17,643 nucleotides of DNA, taken from contig CBFIGY010000047.1 of assembly GCA_965662235.1 (NCBI GenBank), forward strand, positions 1-17,643, read 5' to 3'. A program made the position numbers and the translations under genes. Shown piece after piece: positions 1-8,296 of the stretch. How positions within the stretch are numbered: position 1 is the stretch's first letter; every line of letters starts with the position of its first letter. A model generated the notes under the pieces. It was given only the letters and a program-made list of their open reading frames with translations. It ran no database searches and had not been told where the DNA came from. The DNA is from an uncultured bacterium. GTDB taxonomy: Bacteria; SAR324; NAC60-12.

Positions 1-2
1 CC

Positions 3-527
3 TTGGCCTCCTTGGCCGTAGGCGTGGCCCTGCTCCTCTACAGCTACCGGGCTCTCCAGAAACGAGCCCTGACGCAGCATCTGCTCCTGGCGACCATTCC
101 AGTCGTTTTCCTCATCAGCCTGAATGTGTTTGTGGAGCGCCCGGAGGCTCAGCAGGAGCTGGTCCGCTACCGAGATGTGGTGGATTACTTGACCCGGCAG
201 CCTGCCGTCGACCTCAATGCGGTTTTGACTGAGACGGAAACGGGCGTGGAGGAGCGTATCAAGGAGCTGGGGGCTCAGTACGTCCGGGTCTCGTTTCGGG
301 TGGAAGAGGTGTCGGCTAACGACTTCCTGACCCTCTCGTCGGACTACTTCGTTTACAACGTGCTGGGAACGCTGGAGGAGTTCAAGGTAGACGCCCAGCT
401 TTACACCCTCACGAAACTCGACCTGTCGCAGCCCCCTCGTCAGATGACACTCAAGGGCCTTTTGCGCCATCGCCGCATTTGGGGAGAAACCCATCTCACT
501 CTCGATCAGAGCGTCGCGCTCGAGTGA
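3..527 (+). CDS. Hypothetical membrane-anchored protein, probably 5'-truncated by the window edge
   Basis: Frame is open from the window start to TGA at 525-527. Two hydrophobic segments (LAVGVALLLYSY; LLLATIPVVFLISLNVFV) precede a soluble C-terminal region. No family recognised. Confidence 0.7.
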   Translation: MASLAVGVALLLYSYRALQKRALTQHLLLATIPVVFLISLNVFVERPEAQQELVRYRDVVDYLTRQPAVDLNAVLTETETGVEERIKELGAQYVRVSFRVEEVSANDFLTLSSDYFVYNVLGTLEEFKVDAQLYTLTKLDLSQPPRQMTLKGLLRHRRIWGETHLTLDQSVALE

Positions 528-628
528 CCGCGGAAAAAAACAGCCCCTCCCCCCACCTCTTTCTGGTCCTGAGAAAAAAGTCGTCTTTCTCACAAGAGTC
601 CCCCACACTGTCTGGAGTCCAGTTTAAG

Positions 629-650
629 GACGCTTCCTTCAGGAGGCGTC
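629..650. other. GC-rich stem-loop upstream of the TerB-like gene
   Basis: GACGCTTCC-TTCA-GGAGGCGTC forms a 9-bp stem with one G-U pair. It has no U-tract, so its role is unclear. Confidence 0.35.
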
Positions 651-751
651 AGCATCCGTCATCCGGGGCAAGCCGTGTGGCTCAGACTGCTTCTTGCTGC
701 TGAGGAGTGGCGTGCTCCCTTCAGATCGTTCTGCTTTTCGGGAAAAATCAG

Positions 752-1207
752 ATGAAGGTCAATAATGAGTGGGAGGCAATGATGGTCCTGGTGGACCTCA
801 TTCAGGAATCCGATGCGCTTCCGGCCAAGGAGCGATTGCGGGTGGACAGTAAGGTCAAGTGGGTGCTCAAGCAGCATGAGCAGATTACGGACTCCCAGTG
901 GACGATTTACCACCGGAAGTGGAAGGCCTGCGGGAACCACGAGGAGTACTTTTCCACCGCCATTGAGTGCTTGAAGCCGCTGCCCCCGGAATTTCGACAG
1001 CGGGTCTGCGCGTGGATGTGGGTGGCTGCGGTGGCCGCAGGAGGACAGATGGGTTTGGACGAGCGGAACGTGTCGGCGAAGGAACTGCGCCTGATTCAAG
1101 ATGCCCGGAAGCAGCTGGGCGTGTCCTTATCCCAGCAGTACCTCGCTTTTGGCGGGCTACCTCACCTGCAGCTGGAACAGATCTACGCGTCTCCTCAGGC
1201 CGCGTGA
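752..1207 (+). CDS. TerB-like (tellurite resistance TerB / DjlA N-terminal-type) helical protein
   Basis: About 151 aa. The C-terminal half (AIECLKPLPPEFRQRVCAWMWVAAVAAGG...VSAKELRLIQDARKQLGVS) follows the TerB pattern 'A.ADG.vs..E...l..i...LG'; the N-terminal half has a degenerate equivalent (IQESDALPAKE). The start is uncertain: ATG752, or ATG782 after GGAGG. Confidence 0.6.
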   Translation: MKVNNEWEAMMVLVDLIQESDALPAKERLRVDSKVKWVLKQHEQITDSQWTIYHRKWKACGNHEEYFSTAIECLKPLPPEFRQRVCAWMWVAAVAAGGQMGLDERNVSAKELRLIQDARKQLGVSLSQQYLAFGGLPHLQLEQIYASPQAA

Positions 1208-1211
1208 GGGA

Positions 1212-1529
1212 TCACTCCGTAGCGTACTGATTGAACTTGCTACGCTCCTGCCAAGCGGAACGGGCTTCTTGCAGGTGCTGGTAGTATCCAGGCCCGAGCG
1301 GGATCTTTGCCTTTTTTGGGTTTTTCAGTCCAAGGCTGAGTGCTTCCGGACGCGGGGGAGGTGGCTGAGCAGCTTGCCGCTTCGCCATCTCCATCACCCG
1401 AATTGAGATGCTGGCACTGACGTTATCCGGAACGGGTTCCTGAGTCTGACTCTGGGCGGGTGCCGGCAGCAGCATCCAGCTGGCCAGCATCAGCGCAACA
1501 AGCGGGAATCGTTTTTTCAGGAACACCAA
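1212..1529 (-). CDS. Small secreted hypothetical protein
   Basis: GAGGA RBS precedes adjacent TTG/GTG starts. Sec-type signal peptide (KKRFPLVALMLASWMLLPAPAQS) followed by a Pro/Gln-rich mature region. Confidence 0.65.
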   Translation of the reverse strand: MVFLKKRFPLVALMLASWMLLPAPAQSQTQEPVPDNVSASISIRVMEMAKRQAAQPPPPRPEALSLGLKNPKKAKIPLGPGYYQHLQEARSAWQERSKFNQYATE

Positions 1530-1718
1530 AATCAGTCCTCACCTTCAAGTTATCAAGCCGGGCTCTTGAATCCTCACTCAAGGAGGCATTGAGCAAGGAT
1601 CGGGTGAGTATCTTACCCCATCACACTCCGAGGTCAACGCCTGTTCTCGGAATTTCCCGATCGTCCCCTCGAGTCTTTCCACCAACGTCGGCTGAATTTT
1701 CCCCGAGACTCCGCGTTT

Positions 1719-1746
1719 TTGCATCCTCTGTCTCATCGTGTATGCT
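1719..1746 (+). promoter_or_regulatory. Candidate sigma70 promoter for the ADH-enolase operon
   Basis: TTGCAT (1719-1724), 16-nt spacer, TATGCT (1741-1746), about 95 nt upstream of the ADH start. Confidence 0.35.
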
Positions 1747-1840
1747 GAGGCAAACCGGCTCCCCACCTTCAAGCAGGCGGGGACCATCCGATCACGTCCC
1801 GCCAGTTGTTCTCAACCTCTTTTACGAAAGGAAGCGTCCC

Positions 1841-2950
1841 GTGTCTCAGATTCAAGCCGCTGTCTGTCACCACTTCAACGAGCCCCTGCGGGTGGAAACC
1901 ATTGAGCTGCGGGCGCCGCTGGGCCGGGAGGTTGAGGTGACCCTTGGCGCAGTTGCCATCTGTCACTCTGACATCGCGTTTGCGGAAGGTGGGTGGGGCG
2001 GCACCCTGCCAGCCGTTTATGGACATGAAGCCGCAGGCGTGGTGACGCGTTGCGGAGCCGCCGTGCAGGGGCTTGCAGAAGGAGACCGCGTCGTGGTGAC
2101 GCTGATCCGGGCCTGTGGGCACTGTGCGTCCTGTGCCTCTGGGGCTCCGACCCTGTGTGGCACCACGGTCGCAGACCATCCAGAGCCGCTGACGACCCTT
2201 TCGGGAGAGTCGCTCCATCAGGGCATGGCCTGTGGCGCCTTTGCTGAAAAGGTGGTGGTGGACCAAAGTCAGGTGGTGCGGATTCCGAACACCCTCGCAT
2301 TTGAAACCGCGGCACTGCTGGCCTGCGGAGTTCTGACCGGAGTGGGGGCCGTGGTGCATGCGGCAGAGCTGCGGGCGGGGCAGGACGCTGTGGTCATCGG
2401 ATGCGGAGGAGTGGGCCTCAATGCCATCCAGGGCGCTTTCCTCGCAGGGGCCCGGCGCATTGTTGCGGTTGATCGAGAGGTGGAAAAGCTGCAGGTGGCC
2501 CGGGAGTTTGGCGCAACAGACACCGTTCTGGCGACGACCCCTGAGCCCTGGAAGCAAGCACAGCAGGCGTTGGGTCGTGGCGCGGATGCCGTTTTGGTGA
2601 CCGTTGGGGCGAGTTCCGTTTACGATCAGGCTCCTGCTTACCTCGCTCCCGGGGGGCGGGTGGTGATGGTGGGCATGCCTCAGCACGGGGAGCTGGCCCA
2701 GTATGACCCGGCAACCCTGTCATCGGTGAGCCAAGGAATGGTGGGATCAAAGATGGGAAACGTGGTTATCCAGCGGGACATTCCGTGGATGGTGGACCTT
2801 TATGAGCAGGGACGCCTGAAGCTGGATGAACTGATTTCGGGACGCTGGACGCTCGACACGATCAACGAAGCGCTGGCCGATACCAAGACCGGGAAGGCCA
2901 AACGAAACGTTATCCTGTTTGACCTCCTCGAGGGAGGGGGACCGGCATGA
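1841..2950 (+). CDS. Zn-dependent alcohol dehydrogenase (MDR superfamily, class III-like), NAD-dependent
   Basis: GTG1841 follows GAAAGGAAG. Catalytic Zn motifs ICHSD, GHE and LLACGVLTG; structural Zn motif CGHCASCASGAPTLC (CxxCxxCx7C); Rossmann GCGGVG with the downstream Asp (AVD). The ORF-track extension to 1460 is probably not translated. Confidence 0.93.
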   Translation: MSQIQAAVCHHFNEPLRVETIELRAPLGREVEVTLGAVAICHSDIAFAEGGWGGTLPAVYGHEAAGVVTRCGAAVQGLAEGDRVVVTLIRACGHCASCASGAPTLCGTTVADHPEPLTTLSGESLHQGMACGAFAEKVVVDQSQVVRIPNTLAFETAALLACGVLTGVGAVVHAAELRAGQDAVVIGCGGVGLNAIQGAFLAGARRIVAVDREVEKLQVAREFGATDTVLATTPEPWKQAQQALGRGADAVLVTVGASSVYDQAPAYLAPGGRVVMVGMPQHGELAQYDPATLSSVSQGMVGSKMGNVVIQRDIPWMVDLYEQGRLKLDELISGRWTLDTINEALADTKTGKAKRNVILFDLLEGGGPA

Positions 2951-4182
2951 GGATTCAGGACCTAGAGGTCATTGTAACCGCTCCTCCTGCACCAGGCTGG
3001 GGCGGACGGTACTGGATTCTGACCAAGCTCACCACGGACACGGGACTGGTTGGCTGGGGCGAGTGCTACGCCTCCAGCGTGGGTCCGGACGCCATGAAGG
3101 CGGTGCTGGAGGACCTGTTTGACCGTTACGTTGAGGGAGAAAGTCCGGAAAACCTGGAACGCCTGTTCCGGCGGGTCTATTCGTCAGGCTTTACCCAGCG
3201 TCCGGACCTGACCGTCATGGGGGCTTTTTCCGGGTTGGAGATTGCCTGCTGGGACCTGCTGGGCAAGGCGCGCGAGCGTCCGATCTGGGCCTTGATGGGG
3301 GGCTTGCTCAACGAGCGTCTCCGGGCCTACAGCTACCTGTATCCGCTGGCGCACCACGATCCGGTCGCCTTCTGGACGGTTCCGGAGCTGGCGGCAGAGA
3401 GTGCGGTCGCCTTGGTTCAGCAGGGGTACACCGCCGTCAAGTTTGACCCTGCAGGTCCGTACACGATGCGCGGGGGACACATGCCGGCAATGAGTGACCT
3501 TTCCCGGTCCGTGGCCTTCTGTCAGGCCATCCGGGAGGCTGTGGGAGACCGGGCAGACCTGCTTTTTGGAACACACGGACAGTTTTCCACAGCGGGCGCC
3601 ATTCGGCTGGGGAAGGCGCTGGAGCCTTTTCAGCCCATGTGGTTTGAGGAGCCGATTCCTCCGGATCACTTGTTGGAGTTTGCCAAGGTCGCCCGGGCGG
3701 TTTCTCTGCCGGTGGCAACGGGGGAACGTCTGACGACCAAGGCCGAGTTTGCGTTGCTGCTGCAGCAAGGCGGCGTGGCCATCGTCCAACCGGCTTTGGG
3801 ACGCGTTGGGGGGCTGTGGGAGGCCAAGAAGATCGCCATTCTGGCAGAGGTCTTCAACGCACAGGTGGCACCGCACCTGTACGCCGGGCCCATTGAGTGG
3901 GTCGCAAATCTGCATTTGGCCGCGACCCTGCCGAATTTCCTGATTGCGGAAACCATTGAGACGCCGTTTCATCAGGCCCTCATCCGCGGAGGAGTGGTGG
4001 TGGAAAACGGATACGTCTGTCCTCCCACAGGCCCTGGGTTGGGCATTGAGGTGGATGAGGCGCTGGCCCGAGCGCATCCGTACACCGGCCACGCCCTGCA
4101 CCTGCAGATGCAGGAAGCCCCCTGCCAGTATCAGGAGCCCAACACATTTCAGGGAGGAGCCGCTCCTACAGAAACCCCGTAA
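2947..4182 (+). CDS. Mandelate racemase/muconate lactonizing enzyme family protein (galactonate dehydratase-like subgroup, atypical active site)
   Basis: ATGA overlap with the ADH stop and a GGAGG RBS. Family motifs KLTTDTGLVGWGE, SGLEIACWDLLGK, WFEEP, ATGER, APH and PGLGIEVDE. Confidence 0.93.
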   Translation: MRIQDLEVIVTAPPAPGWGGRYWILTKLTTDTGLVGWGECYASSVGPDAMKAVLEDLFDRYVEGESPENLERLFRRVYSSGFTQRPDLTVMGAFSGLEIACWDLLGKARERPIWALMGGLLNERLRAYSYLYPLAHHDPVAFWTVPELAAESAVALVQQGYTAVKFDPAGPYTMRGGHMPAMSDLSRSVAFCQAIREAVGDRADLLFGTHGQFSTAGAIRLGKALEPFQPMWFEEPIPPDHLLEFAKVARAVSLPVATGERLTTKAEFALLLQQGGVAIVQPALGRVGGLWEAKKIAILAEVFNAQVAPHLYAGPIEWVANLHLAATLPNFLIAETIETPFHQALIRGGVVVENGYVCPPTGPGLGIEVDEALARAHPYTGHALHLQMQEAPCQYQEPNTFQGGAAPTETP

Positions 4183-4378
4183 CCAAGGGGCTGCCGCGGC
4201 AGTGAGAGGGAACCGCGGATTGGGGCGAAGGCAACTTGGGACAAAAATCGGGTGGATAGGGTTGTGTCCCACGCACCTCATGTTACCATTGGGGCCCATT
4301 GACCGCTGGAGCCTTCAGGAGCCGGAAGCCTTCAGCCGGAAACCTCTCATTCTTCTCGCTTGTCACCGGACTCACACC

Positions 4379-5200
4379 ATGCTCAACGCTGCTGCAATCA
4401 AGGTTAGCCTAGAGGAGCCGCAGGAGAAACTCCTGGCCATGGCAAACTTCATGAAGGGGCTGGGCACCCGGAGGATCAAGCTCCTGCACGTGCATGCCGA
4501 GATGAAGGACCGGGAGCGGGCCCAGGTGGAGGCCACGCTGGGGAGCATGGCTGCCGCCCTAGAGGCTGATGGGCTGGAGGTCGAGGTGCACCTCAGGCAG
4601 GGGCAGCCGGCGTTGGAAGTCTCTCGGGCCGTCCGGGAGCTGGAGGTGGACTACCTGAGCCTGTACTGGATGCCCAAGGGAACCCTCCACAACCTCCTCC
4701 TGGGTAGCATCGATTCCGACATTCTGCGGATGACGGACCTGCCGGTGTTTGTGTACGACCGGGGGTGGTTCACCGATGACCTGCAGTCCGTCCAGAGTGC
4801 GCTTTATGCCACAGACTTTCAGTTGACGGACCAGCGGGTGCTCCCGTACCTGCGCAGTCATCACTTTCAGGCCAAAACCCTCTACCTGCTGCATGCGGGG
4901 GAGCGGGCGCCTGATCCGCAAACGGAACGCCTCCGGCAGGAGCAGGTGGAGGAGAACCTCCAGCGCCTGGCAGATGCCTGCCGTGAGTCATACGAAGAGG
5001 TGCACCTGCTGCAGGTGGTGGGGCATCCGCAAAAAGAGATTGTCCGCCAGGCCAAACGCCTCAAGGTGGACCTGATCCTGATCGGCAAGTCCGACAAACC
5101 CAACCCGATGGCCCAGCTCATGGGCTCCAACGCAGAGGTCATTCCCCGTCAAGCACGCTGCAGCGTCTTCATCATTCCCGGGGCCTATCAGACCTCCTGA
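4379..5200 (+). CDS. Tandem-domain universal stress protein (UspA-like x2)
   Basis: Two Usp repeats: IKLLHV...GQPALEV...LLLGSIDSDILRMTDLPVFV and ALYATDF...LYLLHA...GHPQKEIVRQAKRLKVDLILIG...MGSNAEVIPRQARCSVFII. ATG4379 chosen as the start. Confidence 0.88.
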   Translation: MLNAAAIKVSLEEPQEKLLAMANFMKGLGTRRIKLLHVHAEMKDRERAQVEATLGSMAAALEADGLEVEVHLRQGQPALEVSRAVRELEVDYLSLYWMPKGTLHNLLLGSIDSDILRMTDLPVFVYDRGWFTDDLQSVQSALYATDFQLTDQRVLPYLRSHHFQAKTLYLLHAGERAPDPQTERLRQEQVEENLQRLADACRESYEEVHLLQVVGHPQKEIVRQAKRLKVDLILIGKSDKPNPMAQLMGSNAEVIPRQARCSVFIIPGAYQTS

Positions 5201-5217
5201 CACCCAAGAGGCTTGCC

Positions 5218-6792
5218 GTGTTCACGTTTTCCCATCACCTCGTTTTCTTCCTTTCGCTCTCCATTGTTGTGGTCTTTGCTGCGTGTGGAATTTTCCTTCC
5301 GGAGCAGCTGGACGCAGTTTCTTCCGTTCTGCATGAGAACATCATTGACCACTTTGGGTGGGGATACCTGGTGGCCGCGTTTCTGTTTCTGGGGTTCAGC
5401 CTGTTTCTGGCCTTCAGTCCATTCGGAACGATCAAGCTTGGGCAGGATCATGAGAAGCCGCAGTACTCCTACTTTGGCTGGTTCAGCATGCTGTTTGCGG
5501 CCGGAATGGGAATTGGGATGATCTTCTGGGGGGTGGCAGAGCCGATGAGTCACTACCTGCACCCGCCGGAGTACCTAGAGCCGGGCTCCCGGGCGGCGGC
5601 ACGCTTTGCCATGACCTACAGTTTCTTTCATTGGGGGCTGCATCCCTGGGCGATCTACATTGTCATGAGCCTGTCCATCGCGTACTTTTCCTTCCGCAGG
5701 GGCATGCCGCCGTTGATCTCAAGCTGCTTCTATCCGCTCATTGGCGACCGGATCTTCGGCGGCTGGGGGCGTGCGATTGACACACTGGCGGTGCTGGCGA
5801 CGGTGTTCGGCATTGTCACTTCGCTGGGACTGGGGGCCATGCAGATCAACAGTGGCCTGAGTCAGGTGTTCCACTTCACCCCGACGTTTCAGACCACGTT
5901 GGTGGTGATCGCCGTGGTGACGGTCTTGTTCATGATCTCCAGCATGACCGGGCTGGACAAGGGGATCCAACTCCTCAGCAAGGCCAACGTCATGCTGGCC
6001 ATTGTGCTGCTGGTCTTCATGCTGCTGGTGGGCCCCACCACCACAATTGTGAACATCTTCACGAGCACCCTGGCCGAGTACTTCTCCTCCCTGTTCAAGA
6101 TGAGCCTTTCCACGCACCCGTTTGAGGGATACGAGTGGACCAAGTCCTGGACGCTGTTTTACTGGGCGTGGTGGATTTCGTGGTCGCCGTTTGTGGGACT
6201 GTTTGTGGCCAGCATTTCGCGGGGACGGACGGTCCGGGAGTTCATCAGTGGAGCCTTGATTGTTCCGACCCTGCTGACCTTCCTCTGGTTCAGCGTCTTC
6301 GGGGGGGCAGCGTTTCAGCTGGAGCTGGAGCACTCGGAGGGCATTGCACAGCAGGTGGTGTCGGACATTTCCACCGGGCTCTTCCATCTGTATGAGTACT
6401 ACCCGCTGACGCCGGTGCTGACTCTGCTGACGGTGCTGCTGCTGATTGTTTTCTTTGTGACGTCTGCGGACTCAGCCACCTTTGTGCTGGCGATGATGAC
6501 CTCGAACGGAGCCCTGTTTCCGTCAACGTTGAAGAAGGTGGTGTGGAGCTTCACGGTTTCCGGGACCGCGGCGGCGCTGCTGTTTTCGGGGGGACTGGAG
6601 GCACTGCAGCGCATGGCAATTGCGGCAGCGTTGCCCTTTACGGTGATCATGCTGTTGCTCTGCTCAAGCCTGCTCAAGGGGCTCCGGTACGAGTTCAAGG
6701 CCAGCCGCTTTCAGGTTCCTGCACCGGAGGCGGTTCCTGCGAGCGTGGCCTTGAGTCAGGGAGGGGCTCAGCCTCCGTCTGCTTCGGAGTAG
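5218..6792 (+). CDS. BCCT family transporter (BetP/OpuD-like, probably Na+-coupled betaine uptake)
   Basis: GTG start after AAGAGG and about 12 hydrophobic segments. Motifs WFSMLFAAGMGIG (G-x-G-x-G), WGVAEP, FFHWGLHPWAIY, the Trp box WTLFYWAWWISWSPFVG, ISRGRTVREF and FFVTSADS. Confidence 0.95.
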   Translation: MFTFSHHLVFFLSLSIVVVFAACGIFLPEQLDAVSSVLHENIIDHFGWGYLVAAFLFLGFSLFLAFSPFGTIKLGQDHEKPQYSYFGWFSMLFAAGMGIGMIFWGVAEPMSHYLHPPEYLEPGSRAAARFAMTYSFFHWGLHPWAIYIVMSLSIAYFSFRRGMPPLISSCFYPLIGDRIFGGWGRAIDTLAVLATVFGIVTSLGLGAMQINSGLSQVFHFTPTFQTTLVVIAVVTVLFMISSMTGLDKGIQLLSKANVMLAIVLLVFMLLVGPTTTIVNIFTSTLAEYFSSLFKMSLSTHPFEGYEWTKSWTLFYWAWWISWSPFVGLFVASISRGRTVREFISGALIVPTLLTFLWFSVFGGAAFQLELEHSEGIAQQVVSDISTGLFHLYEYYPLTPVLTLLTVLLLIVFFVTSADSATFVLAMMTSNGALFPSTLKKVVWSFTVSGTAAALLFSGGLEALQRMAIAAALPFTVIMLLLCSSLLKGLRYEFKASRFQVPAPEAVPASVALSQGGAQPPSASE

Positions 6793-6795
6793 GCC

Positions 6796-8286
6796 TCAGG
6801 CCTTGCCCCCTTTGAGGCGCTTCAGCAGCAGCGGAGCAAGCAGGCTCAGCAACGCCATGCCCCACAGCAGCAGGCAGATGGTGGAGTCGAAGAAGATGGA
6901 GAAACTGCCGTCGCTGTAGATCATCGCCCGGCGGAAGTTGGTCTCAATCAAATCGCCCAGCACGACCCCCAGAATCAGAGGCGCCAGCGGGAAGTCCGCC
7001 CGACGCATCGCGTAGCCGATGAGGCCAAAGATCAGCACCAACAGGACATCGAACTCACTGCCGTTGATGGTGTAGGCGCCCACGATGCAGAGCATGGTGA
7101 TGAGCGGCATCAGCACCCAACGAGGAGTCTGAAGGATGCGGGCGAAGAGTCCTACGAGTGGCAGGTTGAGGAAGACGAGGAAGAGGTTTCCGACAAACAT
7201 GGACGCCGTCAGCCCCCAGAAGACTTCCGGATTGGTCTCCAGCAGCAACGGACCCGGGGTGACGCCAAAGCTGATCAGCCCACCGAGCATCACCGCTGTG
7301 GTTTCACTTCCGGGCACTCCCAAAATCAGGAGCGGAATGAAGGAGCCCACGGATGCCGAGTTGTTGGCCGACTCCGGAGCCGCCACCCCTCGGACGTCCC
7401 CCTCGCCGAAGTGATTGGGCTGCAGGATCTTCTTCTCTGTCGCGTAAGCAATGAAGCTGGCAATGGTGCCTCCGGCTCCCGGAAGCACTCCCACTAGGAA
7501 TCCCGAGACACAGCTCCGCAGAATGGTCGCCAGTGAGCCCATGATCTCCTTGAAGGAGATGAGCAGACTGGTGAGGGGCTGCATCGGCGTTTCCTGCTCC
7601 CCGGAGTCTCCGAGCATGAAGAGCAGCTCGCTGACGGCAAAGAAGCCGATCACCACCACAATGAAGTCCACCCCGTCATAGAGCTCCATCAGCCCAAAGG
7701 TGAGGCGGCTCACCCCGGTGGTGGAGTCGATGCCAATTGCGGCAATGGAGAGTCCCAGAAAGGCGGACAGGATGGCCTTGAGCATGCTGCCCTGGCTGAA
7801 ACTGGAAAGCGCCACAAAGGCAAAGACCATCAACACCGTGTACTCAGCCGGCCCAAAGCTGATTGCCAGATTGGCCAAAATGGGGGCAAAGAGGGTCAGG
7901 AAGAAGATGGAAAGCGTGCCGCCGCCAAACGAGGCAATGGCCGACATCGCTAAGGCTTTTCCTCCGAGCCCCTTCTTGGCCATGGCGTATCCGTCAATGG
8001 TGGTCACCGCTGCAGCAGAGGTGCCGGGAACATTGAGGAGGATGCTGGAAATGGAATTGCCGTACTGGGACCCGTAGTAGATGCCAGCAAAGAGGATGAG
8101 GACGGTGGCCGGAGGCACCTCAAGGGTGTAGACAATGGGAAAGAGCACCGCAATGGCGTTGACCGGACCAATGCCCGGGAGCATCCCAATGGTGGTTCCG
8201 AGAAACGCGCCCAACAGCACAAACAGAACGTTCTGCAGCGTGAGCGCGACAACGAAACCGTCGAGGAGGTGAGAGAAGGAATCGAT
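6796..8286 (-). CDS. tctA: Tripartite tricarboxylate transporter large permease TctA
   Basis: Motifs GMLPGIG, YYGSQYG, ILLNVPG, DGYAMAKKG, GVLPGAGG, GVAAPESANN and LGVPGS. The start is placed at ATC 8286 just after AGGAGG (see findings), giving 496 aa. Confidence 0.93.
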   Translation of the reverse strand: MDSFSHLLDGFVVALTLQNVLFVLLGAFLGTTIGMLPGIGPVNAIAVLFPIVYTLEVPPATVLILFAGIYYGSQYGNSISSILLNVPGTSAAAVTTIDGYAMAKKGLGGKALAMSAIASFGGGTLSIFFLTLFAPILANLAISFGPAEYTVLMVFAFVALSSFSQGSMLKAILSAFLGLSIAAIGIDSTTGVSRLTFGLMELYDGVDFIVVVIGFFAVSELLFMLGDSGEQETPMQPLTSLLISFKEIMGSLATILRSCVSGFLVGVLPGAGGTIASFIAYATEKKILQPNHFGEGDVRGVAAPESANNSASVGSFIPLLILGVPGSETTAVMLGGLISFGVTPGPLLLETNPEVFWGLTASMFVGNLFLVFLNLPLVGLFARILQTPRWVLMPLITMLCIVGAYTINGSEFDVLLVLIFGLIGYAMRRADFPLAPLILGVVLGDLIETNFRRAMIYSDGSFSIFFDSTICLLLWGMALLSLLAPLLLKRLKGGKA

Positions 8287-8296
8287 GGAGCCTCCT

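Noticed and set aside
1747..1803. c-di-GMP-I riboswitch suggested by GGCAAACC; also a TPP-like ACCTGAT near 17437
   Set aside because: The remaining conserved elements are missing (GAAA tetraloop and ACGCAAAG for c-di-GMP-I; CTGAGA for TPP).
1460..1840. N-terminal extensions in the ORF track (ADH from 1460, USP from 3944, PhyH from 11022, TctA from 8355, methyltransferase from 14925)
   Set aside because: The extensions are non-homologous-looking and mostly overlap neighbouring genes. Family homology begins at the downstream starts, most of which have SD sequences.
2947..4182. Assignment as dgoD galactonate dehydratase
   Set aside because: Two catalytic Asp equivalents are absent and there are no dgoK/dgoA neighbours.
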